Source: an uncultured Verrucomicrobia subdivision 3 bacterium
GTDB lineage: Bacteria; Verrucomicrobiota; Verrucomicrobiia; Limisphaerales; UBA11358
Length of the DNA: 64,000 bases
Assembly: GCA_903878805.1 (NCBI GenBank)
Contig: CAIRJF010000014.1
Coordinates: 18,426-82,425 of the forward strand
Direction: 5' to 3'
Below, in pieces: positions 35,137-44,653 of this stretch (positions are counted from its first letter, which is position 1; every line of letters begins with the position of its first letter). The notes under the pieces were generated by a model. It saw only the letters and a list, made by a program, of their open reading frames with translations. It was not told where the DNA came from and ran no database searches. A program made the position numbers and the translations under genes.

Positions 35137-35868
35137 ATGAACGAATCACGTCCGCAACTTTTTGGAATGCTCGCCGGATTATTTCTGGCGGCAGGATTGG
35201 TCTGTTCCGCGATGCTCGGCACGAGCGCGTGGGTGAAAATAAAAAACTCGCAGTTTATCAGCGTCAAAGGCTCGGTGCAAAAAGACATTGAATCTGACCT
35301 TGCGATTTGGTCTGGAAGTTTTCTGGTCGAAGGCGAAACGTTGCTCGACGCGCAGCATAAAATTCAGGCGAACCGCGAAATCGTCGGCAAATTTTTGCAC
35401 GATTCGGGCGCGACGGATTACACTTTTACGCCCATTGGCATTGAGGAATTGAAGGCGTCGCAAAAATCCGCCGACGGCTATGTTTCACAACGCACGACTG
35501 GATATCGCCTGACTCAATCCGTTTCCGTCGAGTCCGCTGACGTTGACCGGCTGGACAAGCTCGATTCCACGCCGCTCGTGGAGCAGGGCGTGATTTTCAC
35601 CGTCGCGCCGCCGCAATTTATTTACACCAAGGCGGGCGAAACCAAAATTGAAATGCTGGCCGAGGCGACGAAGGACGCCCGCGCGCGCGCCGAGCAAATC
35701 GCCACGCAAGGCGGTCGCGACATCGCGCGGTTGCACGACGCGGATCAGGGAATTTTTCAGATTACGCCGCAGCACAGTGTTGCGACGAGCTGGCAGGGCG
35801 AGAGCGACACAAGCTCGCGCCAGAAAACCATCACTGCTGTGGTGACCGCGACGTTTTTGTTGAAATAA
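35137..35868 (+). CDS. SIMPL-domain (DUF541) protein, membrane anchored
   Basis: N-terminal TM, then a SIMPL-like pattern (GYRLTQSVSVES...KIEMLAEATKDARARAEQIA). Occupies the slot where murE is usually found. Confidence 0.65.
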   Translation: MNESRPQLFGMLAGLFLAAGLVCSAMLGTSAWVKIKNSQFISVKGSVQKDIESDLAIWSGSFLVEGETLLDAQHKIQANREIVGKFLHDSGATDYTFTPIGIEELKASQKSADGYVSQRTTGYRLTQSVSVESADVDRLDKLDSTPLVEQGVIFTVAPPQFIYTKAGETKIEMLAEATKDARARAEQIATQGGRDIARLHDADQGIFQITPQHSVATSWQGESDTSSRQKTITAVVTATFLLK

Positions 35869-35872
35869 TTTT

Positions 35873-37255
35873 GTGGAAACAAGTTCGTTGAAATTTATTG
35901 CCGAAGCCTGCGGCGCGGAAATTATCGGCGACGCGGCGGGTGTGGAAATTAGTTCCGTCTGCACTGATTCGCGCGCGGCGAAAACGGGTGATTTGTTCTT
36001 TGCCATCACGGGCGGAAAATTTGACGGCCATGATTTCATCAATGAAATCGCGGCGAAAGGTGCGGCGGCGGTCGTCGTGGAAAAGAAAAAACTGCCGGCG
36101 AAACTGCCAGCGTGCGCGGTGCTGGCGGTGGACGATGTCCGCGTTGCGTTTGGAAAATTTGCGACGGCGTATCGGCGGCAATTTCATTTGCCAGTCATCG
36201 CAGTGGGCGGCTCGAATGGCAAGACGACGGTGAAGGAACTCGTCGCATCCGTGCTGCGGCAGAAATTTTCGACGTTGTGGAGCGAGGCGAGTTTTAACAA
36301 CGACATCGGCGTGCCGACGACGTTGTTGCGGCTGAATAAAACGCATCAGGCGGCGGTGCTCGAAGCGGGCACGAATCATCCCGGCGAACTTGCGCCGCTC
36401 GTGAAAATGATTGCGCCGAAGTTTGGTGTCATCACGAACATCGGGCGCGAGCATCTGGAATTTTTTGGCGATGTTGCCGGTGTGGCGCAGGAAGAAGGTT
36501 CGCTGGCGGAACTGTTGCCAGCAGGTGGAAAATTATTCTTGAACGGCGATAGCGAGTGGACGGAAAAAATCGCGGCACGCGCGCAGGCGCAAGTTGTCCG
36601 CGTTGGCATTGGTGAAAAAAACGATTGGTGCGCGAAGAAAATTCGCCTCGATAAAAGCGGTGTGACTTTTCAGGTCGTCACGGCGAACGAAGAATATTGC
36701 GGCGCGTATCGGATTAATTTGCTCGGCCAGCATCAAGTGACGAACGCGCTGTTCGCCGTCGCACTGGGTGCGGAACTGGGACTCGACCGCGCGGAAATTC
36801 AGGATGGACTGGTCGCGTGTCCGCCGCCGAAAATGCGTTTGAATTTTTGGGAAGTCAACGGCGTGCGCGTGCTGGACGACAGTTACAACGCGAATGCGGA
36901 TTCGACCATCGCGGCCTTGGAAACATTGTGCGGATTGCCGTTGCAAGGCCGGCGCGTGGCGGTGCTGGGCGACATGGCGGAACTCGGCGCGCACAGCGCG
37001 GCGGCGCACGCGGAGGTCGGCCGACGAGCGGCGGAATTGAAGCTCGGCCAGTTGTTCGCCATCGGCAAAATGGCGGCGGTGACGGGCAAAGCGGCGCGCG
37101 ACGCGGGGCTGATGCGCGTGTTTGAATTTGCGGAGGTCGAGGCGGCGCTGAATGTGGTGAAAGGTTTTTTGAAGCCGGGCGACGTGGTGTTGTTGAAGGC
37201 GTCGCGCGTATCGCGGTTGGAGCGGATTGCGGAAATGTTGAAGACGGAGAAATAA
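35873..37255 (+). CDS. murF: UDP-N-acetylmuramoyl-tripeptide--D-alanyl-D-alanine ligase
   Basis: GGSNGKTTVKEL P-loop, EAGTNHPGE, DDSYNANADS. 460 aa. GTG start. Confidence 0.9.
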   Translation: METSSLKFIAEACGAEIIGDAAGVEISSVCTDSRAAKTGDLFFAITGGKFDGHDFINEIAAKGAAAVVVEKKKLPAKLPACAVLAVDDVRVAFGKFATAYRRQFHLPVIAVGGSNGKTTVKELVASVLRQKFSTLWSEASFNNDIGVPTTLLRLNKTHQAAVLEAGTNHPGELAPLVKMIAPKFGVITNIGREHLEFFGDVAGVAQEEGSLAELLPAGGKLFLNGDSEWTEKIAARAQAQVVRVGIGEKNDWCAKKIRLDKSGVTFQVVTANEEYCGAYRINLLGQHQVTNALFAVALGAELGLDRAEIQDGLVACPPPKMRLNFWEVNGVRVLDDSYNANADSTIAALETLCGLPLQGRRVAVLGDMAELGAHSAAAHAEVGRRAAELKLGQLFAIGKMAAVTGKAARDAGLMRVFEFAEVEAALNVVKGFLKPGDVVLLKASRVSRLERIAEMLKTEK

Positions 37256-37273
37256 AATGAGAAAATCTGACTT

Positions 37274-37819
37274 ATGAAACTTTCAGAATTACAGCTTTAT
37301 TTACGCGGCAGGTTAGAAACGCTGACTTTCCCAATTGCCACAGACGAACGCAATCGCTGGATTGAGCAACGTCAGCCTGAAATAGAAAATTCGGGCTTTG
37401 GTGAATATCGAACAGTAGATCATTATCACCTTTTTATAAATAGTGACCATGTTGTTGCGTCGCGTCTTTTGAATGATCAAATGCTCAACGTCTCCGATAA
37501 TTACGACGCTCAATGGAAACGACGCGAACAACCGGATTCCAAGACTGGCGAATTTGCGCCTGAATTATGGCGTTTTCGATTTTGGATTACTGGTTGTGAG
37601 CAACCTTTTGAAGTCGCAGATTTAGATGAGCACGATTTCGTCACGATTTCTTGTTCACTGTTAGATTACGAACATCAGGGCAAATCTTATTTGACTCTTA
37701 CAGACGAAGATGGCGAACCAATTTCATTAAGAATTGCAGACGTGATGCTCGCGGCAGGATTTGATTATAGAAATTATGAAATTAAGAACGACGACCCAAA
37801 AATAAGTCGCCTAAACTAG
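37274..37819 (+). CDS. Orphan hypothetical protein, low-GC insert between murF and mraY
   Basis: 181-aa intact ORF. Hand count of its first 60 nt gives 40% GC, versus visibly GC-rich flanks. No recognisable family. Confidence 0.55.
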   Translation: MKLSELQLYLRGRLETLTFPIATDERNRWIEQRQPEIENSGFGEYRTVDHYHLFINSDHVVASRLLNDQMLNVSDNYDAQWKRREQPDSKTGEFAPELWRFRFWITGCEQPFEVADLDEHDFVTISCSLLDYEHQGKSYLTLTDEDGEPISLRIADVMLAAGFDYRNYEIKNDDPKISRLN

Positions 37820-37856
37820 TTCTAGTTCATTGAATTTTTTGCGTTAAAAAATTGAA

Positions 37857-39035
37857 ATGCTTTACCTTTTGAGCCAGCAAATTTTGGACTGGGCGCACGG
37901 CTCCGAATGGGAGTCGCGGCTGGCGTTTTTGCGCCTGTTCAAATACATCACGGTGCGGAGCGCGGGCGCGGCGGTCACGTCGCTGCTGTTGTGCTGGTGG
38001 CTCGGACCGAAAATTATCCGCTGGCTGAAGGATTTGAAATTCGGCCAGGAATACGCGGACAAGGCGGAGGAATCCGGTGTGCGGCACGTCGTGGACAAAA
38101 AAGGCACGCCGACGATGGGCGGAATTTTGATCGTCCTCTCGCTCGTGATTTCGACGATGTTGTGGGCGGAATGGAACGCGCAGGTGGAACTGACGATGCT
38201 GTCGGTTTTGGTGTTGGCAGGCTTGGGTTTTTACGACGACTACGCAAAAATCTTGAAGCAGAGCGGCGGTGGCACGCCGCCGCGCGTGAAGTTGATCACG
38301 CAATTTTCGCTGGCGATTTTTGTGGGAATTTATTTATGGAATCTGCCCGCGACGAGCGAACTGCATTTGCTCGGCGTGAAAAGCGTCTGGCACAGCAATC
38401 TGGTTTCGAGCGTGATGCTGCCGTTTTACAAATACCCGCTGCACGTCGGCGCAATCGTCGGCGTCATCATCGTGGCGCTGGCAATCGTCGGCAGCTCGAA
38501 CGCGGTGAATTTGACGGACGGACTCGACGGTCTCGCGACCGGCTGCACGTTGATCGTGGGATTTGTTTTTTTATTTTTCACCTATCTCGCGGGCAACATC
38601 AAGGCGGCGGCGTATCTGCAAATTCCTTATGTGAGCGGCGCTGGCGAGCTGACGGTTTTTTGCGCAGCGTTGCTGGGCGCGGGGCTGGGATTTTTGTGGT
38701 TTAACTGCCATCCGGCGCAGGTGTTCATGGGCGACACGGGTTCGCTCGCGCTCGGCGGCGCGTTCGGGATCATCGCGGTGTTGATCCATCAGCCGTTTGT
38801 GCTGGTCATCGCGGGTGGCGTATTCGTGGCCGAAGCGGTTTCGGTGATCTTGCAGAAAGGCTGGTTCAAGTTCACGCGCATCCGCACGGGAACAGGCCAA
38901 AGAATTTTTTTGATGGCGCCGCTGCACCATCATTTCCAAAAAAAGGGCTGGCACGAATCGCAGGTGGTGATGCGTTTTTACATTTTGTGCGTGTTATGCG
39001 CGGTCGTGGCGCTGGCGACGCTGAAACTCCGGTGA
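37857..39035 (+). CDS. mraY: Phospho-N-acetylmuramoyl-pentapeptide-transferase
   Basis: GTPTMGG, NAVNLTDGLDGLA, APLHHHF motifs. Polytopic. Confidence 0.9.
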   Translation: MLYLLSQQILDWAHGSEWESRLAFLRLFKYITVRSAGAAVTSLLLCWWLGPKIIRWLKDLKFGQEYADKAEESGVRHVVDKKGTPTMGGILIVLSLVISTMLWAEWNAQVELTMLSVLVLAGLGFYDDYAKILKQSGGGTPPRVKLITQFSLAIFVGIYLWNLPATSELHLLGVKSVWHSNLVSSVMLPFYKYPLHVGAIVGVIIVALAIVGSSNAVNLTDGLDGLATGCTLIVGFVFLFFTYLAGNIKAAAYLQIPYVSGAGELTVFCAALLGAGLGFLWFNCHPAQVFMGDTGSLALGGAFGIIAVLIHQPFVLVIAGGVFVAEAVSVILQKGWFKFTRIRTGTGQRIFLMAPLHHHFQKKGWHESQVVMRFYILCVLCAVVALATLKLR

Positions 39036-39328
39036 AATGAAGATTGTGAATCAACAAAAAAACATCGCTCGGACGCGCTTTGTTGCTTGCGGAAAAGCCG
39101 CGCGGTTGCTAACAATTTCCGTCAGAGCGGCAGGGCGCATGCCGGTCAGCAAGAGTGTTTCACCAGTTCATCTTTCTGCCGGTAATTATTTTCACGACGA
39201 AGTGTCGTCCGGCTCTTAAAACAGGAATATAAATTTAAAGCGTTGCGAAATTTTTCGAGGGAAAGTTCCGCCGCGCCAAACTCAAAAATAAAATTACCTC
39301 GAACTAAAACGCCACCGCACTAAAACAT

Positions 39329-40114
39329 ATGAATAACCCGAATCCATTCGTCCCGAAAGGCTCGCTGCTCGAACAACAAAGCGCGCGCCGTTCCCGTCTC
39401 AAGCTCGCGGTGTTTTGCGTGCTCGCGGTCAGCGTCACCGGCCTCGTTGCCGTGCTCATCCAAGGTTGCAAACGCGAGAAGCCGGCTGATGAAATCCAGC
39501 CGTTGAATCTGGATACAAATTCGGTGGACACCAATCTGCCGACGATGAACGAAGTTTCCAATCCGCCCGTGGTCGTGCCGCCCGTGGCCACGAATCCGCC
39601 GGTGATTGTGCCTCCGGTCGCGCCTGTCCAACCCATCGCGCCCGCCGCTGGTGCCGAATACGTCATCGTCAAGGGCGACACGCTCGCCAAGGTTGCCAAG
39701 AAAAACGGTGTGACGCTCAAAGCGCTTGAAGCCGCGAATCCCGGCGTGGTTCCGACCAAATTGAAAGTCGGCCAGAAGCTTGCCCTGCCCGCTGGCGGCA
39801 GTGTGTCGGCTGATGCCAGCGCTTCGCCAATGGCCGTTGCCGATACCGGCGGCGCAACCTACACGGTGAAGTCCGGCGATACGCTCACGAAAATCGCCAA
39901 GAAAAACGGCACGACCGTCAAAGCCATCGAAGCGGCGAACGGTCTGACCACGACCAAAATCAAGGTCGGCCAGAAATTAAAAATTCCGTCGAAGGGCGAA
40001 GCTGCCGCGCCCGTTGCGCCCGCGCCGGTGGTGGACACTGCGCCCGCACCCGCGTTGCCGCCGGTTCCCGCGCCCGCTCCGGCGACGACTGCGCCCGCAC
40101 CGGCGCAGCAGTAA
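39329..40114 (+). CDS. Membrane-anchored protein with two LysM domains and Pro/Ala-rich linkers
   Basis: TM segment (LAVFCVLAVSVTGLVAVLI). LysM 1: YVIVKGDTLAKVAKKNGVTLKALEAANP...VGQKLALP. LysM 2: YTVKSGDTLTKIAKKNGTTVKAIEAANG...VGQKLKIP. Occupies the usual murD slot. Confidence 0.8.
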   Translation: MNNPNPFVPKGSLLEQQSARRSRLKLAVFCVLAVSVTGLVAVLIQGCKREKPADEIQPLNLDTNSVDTNLPTMNEVSNPPVVVPPVATNPPVIVPPVAPVQPIAPAAGAEYVIVKGDTLAKVAKKNGVTLKALEAANPGVVPTKLKVGQKLALPAGGSVSADASASPMAVADTGGATYTVKSGDTLTKIAKKNGTTVKAIEAANGLTTTKIKVGQKLKIPSKGEAAAPVAPAPVVDTAPAPALPPVPAPAPATTAPAPAQQ

Positions 40115-40152
40115 GCCGCCGGTTTGCGCGGCCGGATTTTTGAAAAGTTGAA

Positions 40153-41307
40153 ATGAAAGTCGCCGTCACCATTCTGGCCTTTTGCGTCACCAGCCTCCTC
40201 GCGCTGGGTCTGGTGATGCTTTACAGCTCCAGCATGGTGATGGTGGATAAGCGGACCAATTCCGAAATCGGCGCGCACATGCTCCAGATGCAACTGATCT
40301 GGTGCGCTCTAGGATTTATCGCCTGCGTCACGCTGGCTTCGCTCGACTACCAAATCCTAAAAAAATTCGCCTTGCCGGTTTTCGCCGGTTCGTTGTTTCT
40401 CGCCGCGCTGGTATTTGTGCCGCACCTTGGCATCAACCTCAACGGCGCGCACCGCTGGATTCGCCTGCCGGGCGCCACGTTTCAACCGTCAGAGATGGTC
40501 AAAATCGCCCTCATCATCATGCTCGCGTGGTATGGCGATTATTCGCAGCGGAAAATGAACACTATCAAGCGCGGCATCATCGTTCCCGGAATGATCATCG
40601 CGTTCGCGCTCGGCTTGATTTTTATTGAACCCGATCGCGGCACGACCATTCTGCTCGCGGCGGTCAGCGGCACGATGCTGATGATTGCGGGCGTCCGCTG
40701 GCTGCACGTCATTCCGCCGGTGTTGCTCGCGGCGGCGGCGCTGGTTTATTCGCTCATGCACGACTCCATGCGCAGCGGCCGCATCACCGCGTGGCTCCAT
40801 CCCGAGGCGCACGCCGGCGGCGCGGCGTTGCAGGCGGAGCAGGCCAAAATCGCCATCGGCTCCGGCGGACTCACCGGCCTAGGCCTCGGCGACGGCATGC
40901 AAAAGCACGGTTTCCTGCCGGAAATCCAAAGCGATTTTATTTTCGCCAACATCGGCGAAGAACTCGGTCTCGTCGCCACGCTGCTTGTTGTTCTCGCGTT
41001 TCTCGTCATCACCATTTGCGGACTCTTCATCGCGTTGCGCGCGCGCGACCAGTTCGGCTGCCTGCTCGCGGTCGGCGTGACTTCGCTGATCAGTTATCAG
41101 GCCATCATCAACATCGGCGTCGTCACCAGCTTGCTGCCGAACAAGGGACTCGCGCTGCCGTTCATCAGCGCCGGCGGCTCCAGTTTACTCGCGATGCTGA
41201 TGGGCGTCGGGATTTTGTTCAGCATCGCGCGGCAGGCCGTGCCCGCAAAAATTTCCGCCTCCGACTTTGTCGCGAACGACAATCCCTTTGCCGCCAAGGC
41301 AGCATGA
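40153..41307 (+). CDS. ftsW: SEDS-family peptidoglycan glycosyltransferase FtsW
   Basis: 384 aa, polytopic. INLNGAHRWIRLPGATFQPSEMVK and GLALPFISAGGSS motifs. Confidence 0.85.
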   Translation: MKVAVTILAFCVTSLLALGLVMLYSSSMVMVDKRTNSEIGAHMLQMQLIWCALGFIACVTLASLDYQILKKFALPVFAGSLFLAALVFVPHLGINLNGAHRWIRLPGATFQPSEMVKIALIIMLAWYGDYSQRKMNTIKRGIIVPGMIIAFALGLIFIEPDRGTTILLAAVSGTMLMIAGVRWLHVIPPVLLAAAALVYSLMHDSMRSGRITAWLHPEAHAGGAALQAEQAKIAIGSGGLTGLGLGDGMQKHGFLPEIQSDFIFANIGEELGLVATLLVVLAFLVITICGLFIALRARDQFGCLLAVGVTSLISYQAIINIGVVTSLLPNKGLALPFISAGGSSLLAMLMGVGILFSIARQAVPAKISASDFVANDNPFAAKAA

Positions 41308-42482
41308 ATTCCTCCGCCAACGAGAAACCCCTCATCGCCATCGCGTGTGGCGGCACGGGCGGACACCTCTTTCCCGGTCTCGCCGTCGCCCGGCAATTGC
41401 AGGCGCGCGGCTGCGACGTTGCGCTACTGATCTCGCCCAAGGAAGTGGATCAGCAAGCCGTGAAATCCGCGTCTGGCCTGGAAATTCTCACCCTTCCCGC
41501 CGTCGGTTTGCAGAACCGCAATTATTTTTCCTTTGCCAAAAGTTTCTGGAGTTCCTTCCGCGCCGCGCAGAAATTTTTCAAGCAACGCCAACCCGCCGCC
41601 GTGCTCGCGATGGGCGGATTCACCAGCGCGCCGCCGGTTTTCGCCGCGAAATTTTGCGGCGAAAAAACTTTTCTGCATGAGTCTAACACCATTCCCGGCC
41701 GCGCCAACCGGTTGCTCGCGCGCTTTGTGGACATGGCGTTTATTGGGTTTCCCGAAAGCGCCGCGCGCCTGCGCGCCCAAAAAACTGTTGTCACCGGCAC
41801 GCCAGTTCGCCCGCAGTTTTCAGAATGCAGAATACTGAATCCAGAATCCAACCGCCGCGCGCTCGGCCTTGATCCAAACTCGCCGGTGATTCTCATTGTC
41901 GGCGGCAGCCAGGGCGCGCGCGGCTTGAATGACCTGATTTTATCCGCGCTGCCGTTGCTCCAAAACCGTGGCTGGCAATTTCTACATCTCACTGGCGCAA
42001 GCGATTTTGAAAGAGTAAATGCCGCCTACGCAGCGAACGGAATCAAAGCAATCGTCAAACCGTTTATGGTGGAAATGAATATGGCGCTGGGCGCGGCGAC
42101 GGCGTGCATCAGTCGTTCCGGTGCGTCATCCTTGGCCGAAATGGCGGCGATGCGCTTGCCTTCGCTGCTCGTTCCGCTGCCGACGGCAGCGGACAACCAC
42201 CAATATTTCAACGCGCTCGCGTTTGATAAAACCGGCGCGGCAAAATTGTTGGAACAAAAATCATCGCCGGAAAAAGTGGCCGCGATGCTCGCCGAAATTG
42301 TCGGCGACGCAACCGCGCGGCAACAAATCCAATCCGCGCTGGCGCAATGGCATGCGCCCGGAGCGGCGGCGGAAATTGCCCAAAACATTTTGAACGCGCT
42401 GGGAGAAAAGTCCTCCGTCGTTCCCAAAAGCGGTCAGCAAACCGGAATGAAGGGTGAGCTGAATTTGAAAGTTGTCGCATGA
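41304..42482 (+). CDS. murG: UDP-N-acetylglucosamine--N-acetylmuramyl-(pentapeptide) pyrophosphoryl-undecaprenol GlcNAc transferase
   Basis: IAIACGGTGGHLFPGLAVA N-terminus, VGGSQGA. ATGA overlap with the ftsW stop. The upstream in-frame extension to 40791 is antisense-like junk. Confidence 0.9.
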   Translation: MNSSANEKPLIAIACGGTGGHLFPGLAVARQLQARGCDVALLISPKEVDQQAVKSASGLEILTLPAVGLQNRNYFSFAKSFWSSFRAAQKFFKQRQPAAVLAMGGFTSAPPVFAAKFCGEKTFLHESNTIPGRANRLLARFVDMAFIGFPESAARLRAQKTVVTGTPVRPQFSECRILNPESNRRALGLDPNSPVILIVGGSQGARGLNDLILSALPLLQNRGWQFLHLTGASDFERVNAAYAANGIKAIVKPFMVEMNMALGAATACISRSGASSLAEMAAMRLPSLLVPLPTAADNHQYFNALAFDKTGAAKLLEQKSSPEKVAAMLAEIVGDATARQQIQSALAQWHAPGAAAEIAQNILNALGEKSSVVPKSGQQTGMKGELNLKVVA

Positions 42483-43429
42483 CGCTGGCCGCTGACATTT
42501 CTGAGATGCCAACGCCAAACAAAAATAATTTTGCCGGTGAACTCGCTGCCTTGGTTTTGCCTGCGACCGTCTTCCGGCGCGACGAGCCGATGGCGAAGCA
42601 CACGACGCTGCGCGTCGGCGGGCCGGCGGATGTTTATGTCGAGCCGGCGTCGGAAGCTGATTTGGCCTTGATTTTACAATGGTGCAGCGAGCGTGGTGTG
42701 AATTTTTTTATTCTGGGACGCGGTTCAAATTTGCTGGTGCGCGATGGCGGTTTTCGCGGTGTGGTGATCTGTCTGTCGTTACCAGAATTTTCGCGGATTG
42801 AAATCGATGGCACCCGCATCCGTGCAGGAGCCGGCGCCAAACAGAAAAATGTCGCGGTTGAGGCGAAGCGCAACGGCTTGAGCGGCGTGGAATTTTTGGA
42901 AGGTATTCCCGGCAGCATCGGCGGCGCGCTGCGCATGAATGCGGGCGCGATGGGCGGCGAGACTTTTAATGCGGTTGAATCGGTGCGCGTGATGGATTTC
43001 GGCGGAAACATTTCTGAATTATCGCCGGCAGAAATGTCGGTGGCGTATCGCAGTTGCGCGACGTTGAAAAATCTCATCGCGTTGAGCGCGGTGTTTCAAT
43101 GCAAACCGGAGCCGCGCGAGGAAATTGAAAAGCGCATGAAGGCATATAGCGAAAAGCGCTGGAGTTCCCAGCCAGCAGCGCCGAGCGCGGGTTGCATGTT
43201 CAAAAATCACGTAACGATTCCAGCGGGCAAACTGATCGACGAACTCGGCTTGAAAAACACCAGGATCGGCGGCGCGCGGATTTCGCTGGAGCATGGAAAT
43301 TTCCTGGTGAATGACGGCGGCGCGACGGCGAAGGATGTGCTGGAATTGATTGGGATTTTGCGGGCGAAGGCGAAAGCGGAGCGCGGCATTGATTTGCATA
43401 CGGAAGTGGAAATTGTAGGCGAAGATTGA
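42479..43429 (+). CDS. murB: UDP-N-acetylenolpyruvoylglucosamine reductase
   Basis: HTTLRVGGPADVYVEP, GRGSNLLV, AGCMFKN. ATGA overlap with murG. Confidence 0.9.
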   Translation: MTLAADISEMPTPNKNNFAGELAALVLPATVFRRDEPMAKHTTLRVGGPADVYVEPASEADLALILQWCSERGVNFFILGRGSNLLVRDGGFRGVVICLSLPEFSRIEIDGTRIRAGAGAKQKNVAVEAKRNGLSGVEFLEGIPGSIGGALRMNAGAMGGETFNAVESVRVMDFGGNISELSPAEMSVAYRSCATLKNLIALSAVFQCKPEPREEIEKRMKAYSEKRWSSQPAAPSAGCMFKNHVTIPAGKLIDELGLKNTRIGGARISLEHGNFLVNDGGATAKDVLELIGILRAKAKAERGIDLHTEVEIVGED

Positions 43430-43463
43430 TTGACAACCAAAGTGGTTCCGTTATGGTTGCGTC

Positions 43464-43658
43464 ATGATAAGCATCACCATCAAGGGCATACCCAAGGAAA
43501 CTCACCGGGAGTTAAAAAAACGGGCAGCGGCGCACCGGCGGAGCTTAAACAGCGAAGTGATTTGGGTTTTGGAATCAACTTTGGGTGGCGTGCCGGAAGC
43601 CGTCCACAGACTTCAACCACTGGAAAAAACGGACAAGAAACTTGCGCGAAAAAAGTGA
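43464..43658 (+). CDS. Ribbon-helix-helix, FitA/Arc-type antitoxin-like small protein (no cognate toxin adjacent)
   Basis: MISITIKGIPKETHRELKKRAAAHRRSLNSEVIWVLES is the typical FitA-like RHH N-terminus. Its stop TGA 43656-43658 overlaps the ddl GTG at 43655. Confidence 0.6.
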   Translation: MISITIKGIPKETHRELKKRAAAHRRSLNSEVIWVLESTLGGVPEAVHRLQPLEKTDKKLARKK

Positions 43659-44647
43659 GTGAAAAATTAAAAATTACGGTCATGCTCGGCGGACCGAGCG
43701 CGGAACGCGAAGTTTCCCTGCGCTCCGGTGCGGCGGTGGCGGCGGCATTGCGGTCGCTTGGTCACACGGTCAGTGAACTCGACCCGCGCACGCCGGACTG
43801 GGTTTTACCTGCGTCGACGGACGTGGTTTTTCTTGCGCTGCACGGAACGTATGGCGAGGACGGCGCGGTGCAAAAGCAGTTGGAAAAACTAGGTGTGCCT
43901 TACACCGGCTGCGATGCCGAGGCGAGCCGCATTGCCTTCGACAAGGTGCTGACCAAGCAATGCTGCATCGAGGCGGGCGTGCCGACGGCGAAATTTGTGG
44001 CGGTGCATTCGGCGGCGGCGGATTTTCCCGGCAACCTTTCGCTGCCGCTGGTGGTCAAGCCGACGCGGCAGGGGTCAAGCGTAGGCCTGCAATTTGTCGA
44101 GCGCGGCGAGGACTGGCCGACGGCGCTCGCGGTAGCGCTGCAATTTGATTCGGAAGTTCTGGTCGAGGAAAAAATCATTGGTCGCGAGACAACGGTGGGA
44201 ATTCTCGGCGGAAAAGTTTTGCCGGTGGTCGAAGTGCGGCCAAAGGCGGGCAGCTACGATTACGCCAACAAATACACCGCCGGCGCGACGGAATATTTTT
44301 GCCCGGCGGATTTTGACGCGGCGACGACCAAAAATATTCAAGCCGCCGCGCTCGGCGCGTTTCGCGCGATTGGCGGACGCGACTATGCGCGGGTGGACGT
44401 GATGGTGCGCGCGGATGGCGCGCCGGTGGTGCTGGAGGTGAACACGCTGCCGGGCATGACCGAGACCAGTTTGCTGCCCAAAGCGGCGGCGGCGGCGGGT
44501 TTGAGCTATGCCGAACTTTGCCAGCGCATGATTGAACTGGCTTTGGATAGAAAAAGTTTTGCACCGAGCCGCCGGCAAATCTCTGCCACCAGAGTTTCCA
44601 ACTCCGGTTTTATCAGTGCGGCTTTGCGGCTCTGTGGTTTTGTGTGA
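43655..44647 (+). CDS. ddl: D-alanine--D-alanine ligase
   Basis: KITVMLGGPSAEREVSLRSG, ALHGTYGEDG, EVNTLPGMT. GTG 43655 is preferred over the upstream in-frame extension to 43430, which is basic and low complexity. Confidence 0.88.
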   Translation: MSEKLKITVMLGGPSAEREVSLRSGAAVAAALRSLGHTVSELDPRTPDWVLPASTDVVFLALHGTYGEDGAVQKQLEKLGVPYTGCDAEASRIAFDKVLTKQCCIEAGVPTAKFVAVHSAAADFPGNLSLPLVVKPTRQGSSVGLQFVERGEDWPTALAVALQFDSEVLVEEKIIGRETTVGILGGKVLPVVEVRPKAGSYDYANKYTAGATEYFCPADFDAATTKNIQAAALGAFRAIGGRDYARVDVMVRADGAPVVLEVNTLPGMTETSLLPKAAAAAGLSYAELCQRMIELALDRKSFAPSRRQISATRVSNSGFISAALRLCGFV

Positions 44648-44653
44648 AAAACT

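Noticed and set aside
41815-41850. Low-complexity cagaatgcagaatactgaatccagaatcc in murG resembling attctgcattcggaattctggctcctgaattctc at 61668-61700 (possible dispersed REP-like element)
   Set aside because: Only about 12 nt are truly shared (ttctgcattc). The murG copy is in-frame in a variable linker. That is too short and degenerate to call a repeat family without a genome-wide count.
40791-42482. 563-aa ORF suggesting an ftsW-overlapping extended MurG
   Set aside because: The first ~170 aa are Arg/Pro-rich nonsense in an alternate frame of ftsW. The conserved MurG N-terminus (IAIACGGTGGHLFPG) begins at the ATG at 41304, which overlaps the ftsW stop.
43430-43654. Upstream in-frame extension of ddl (ORF track start 43430); likewise the 49587 start for folE2
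   Set aside because: The extensions are unconserved-looking and overlap either a better small ORF (RHH) or a terminator hairpin. The conserved N-termini start at 43655 and 49647.
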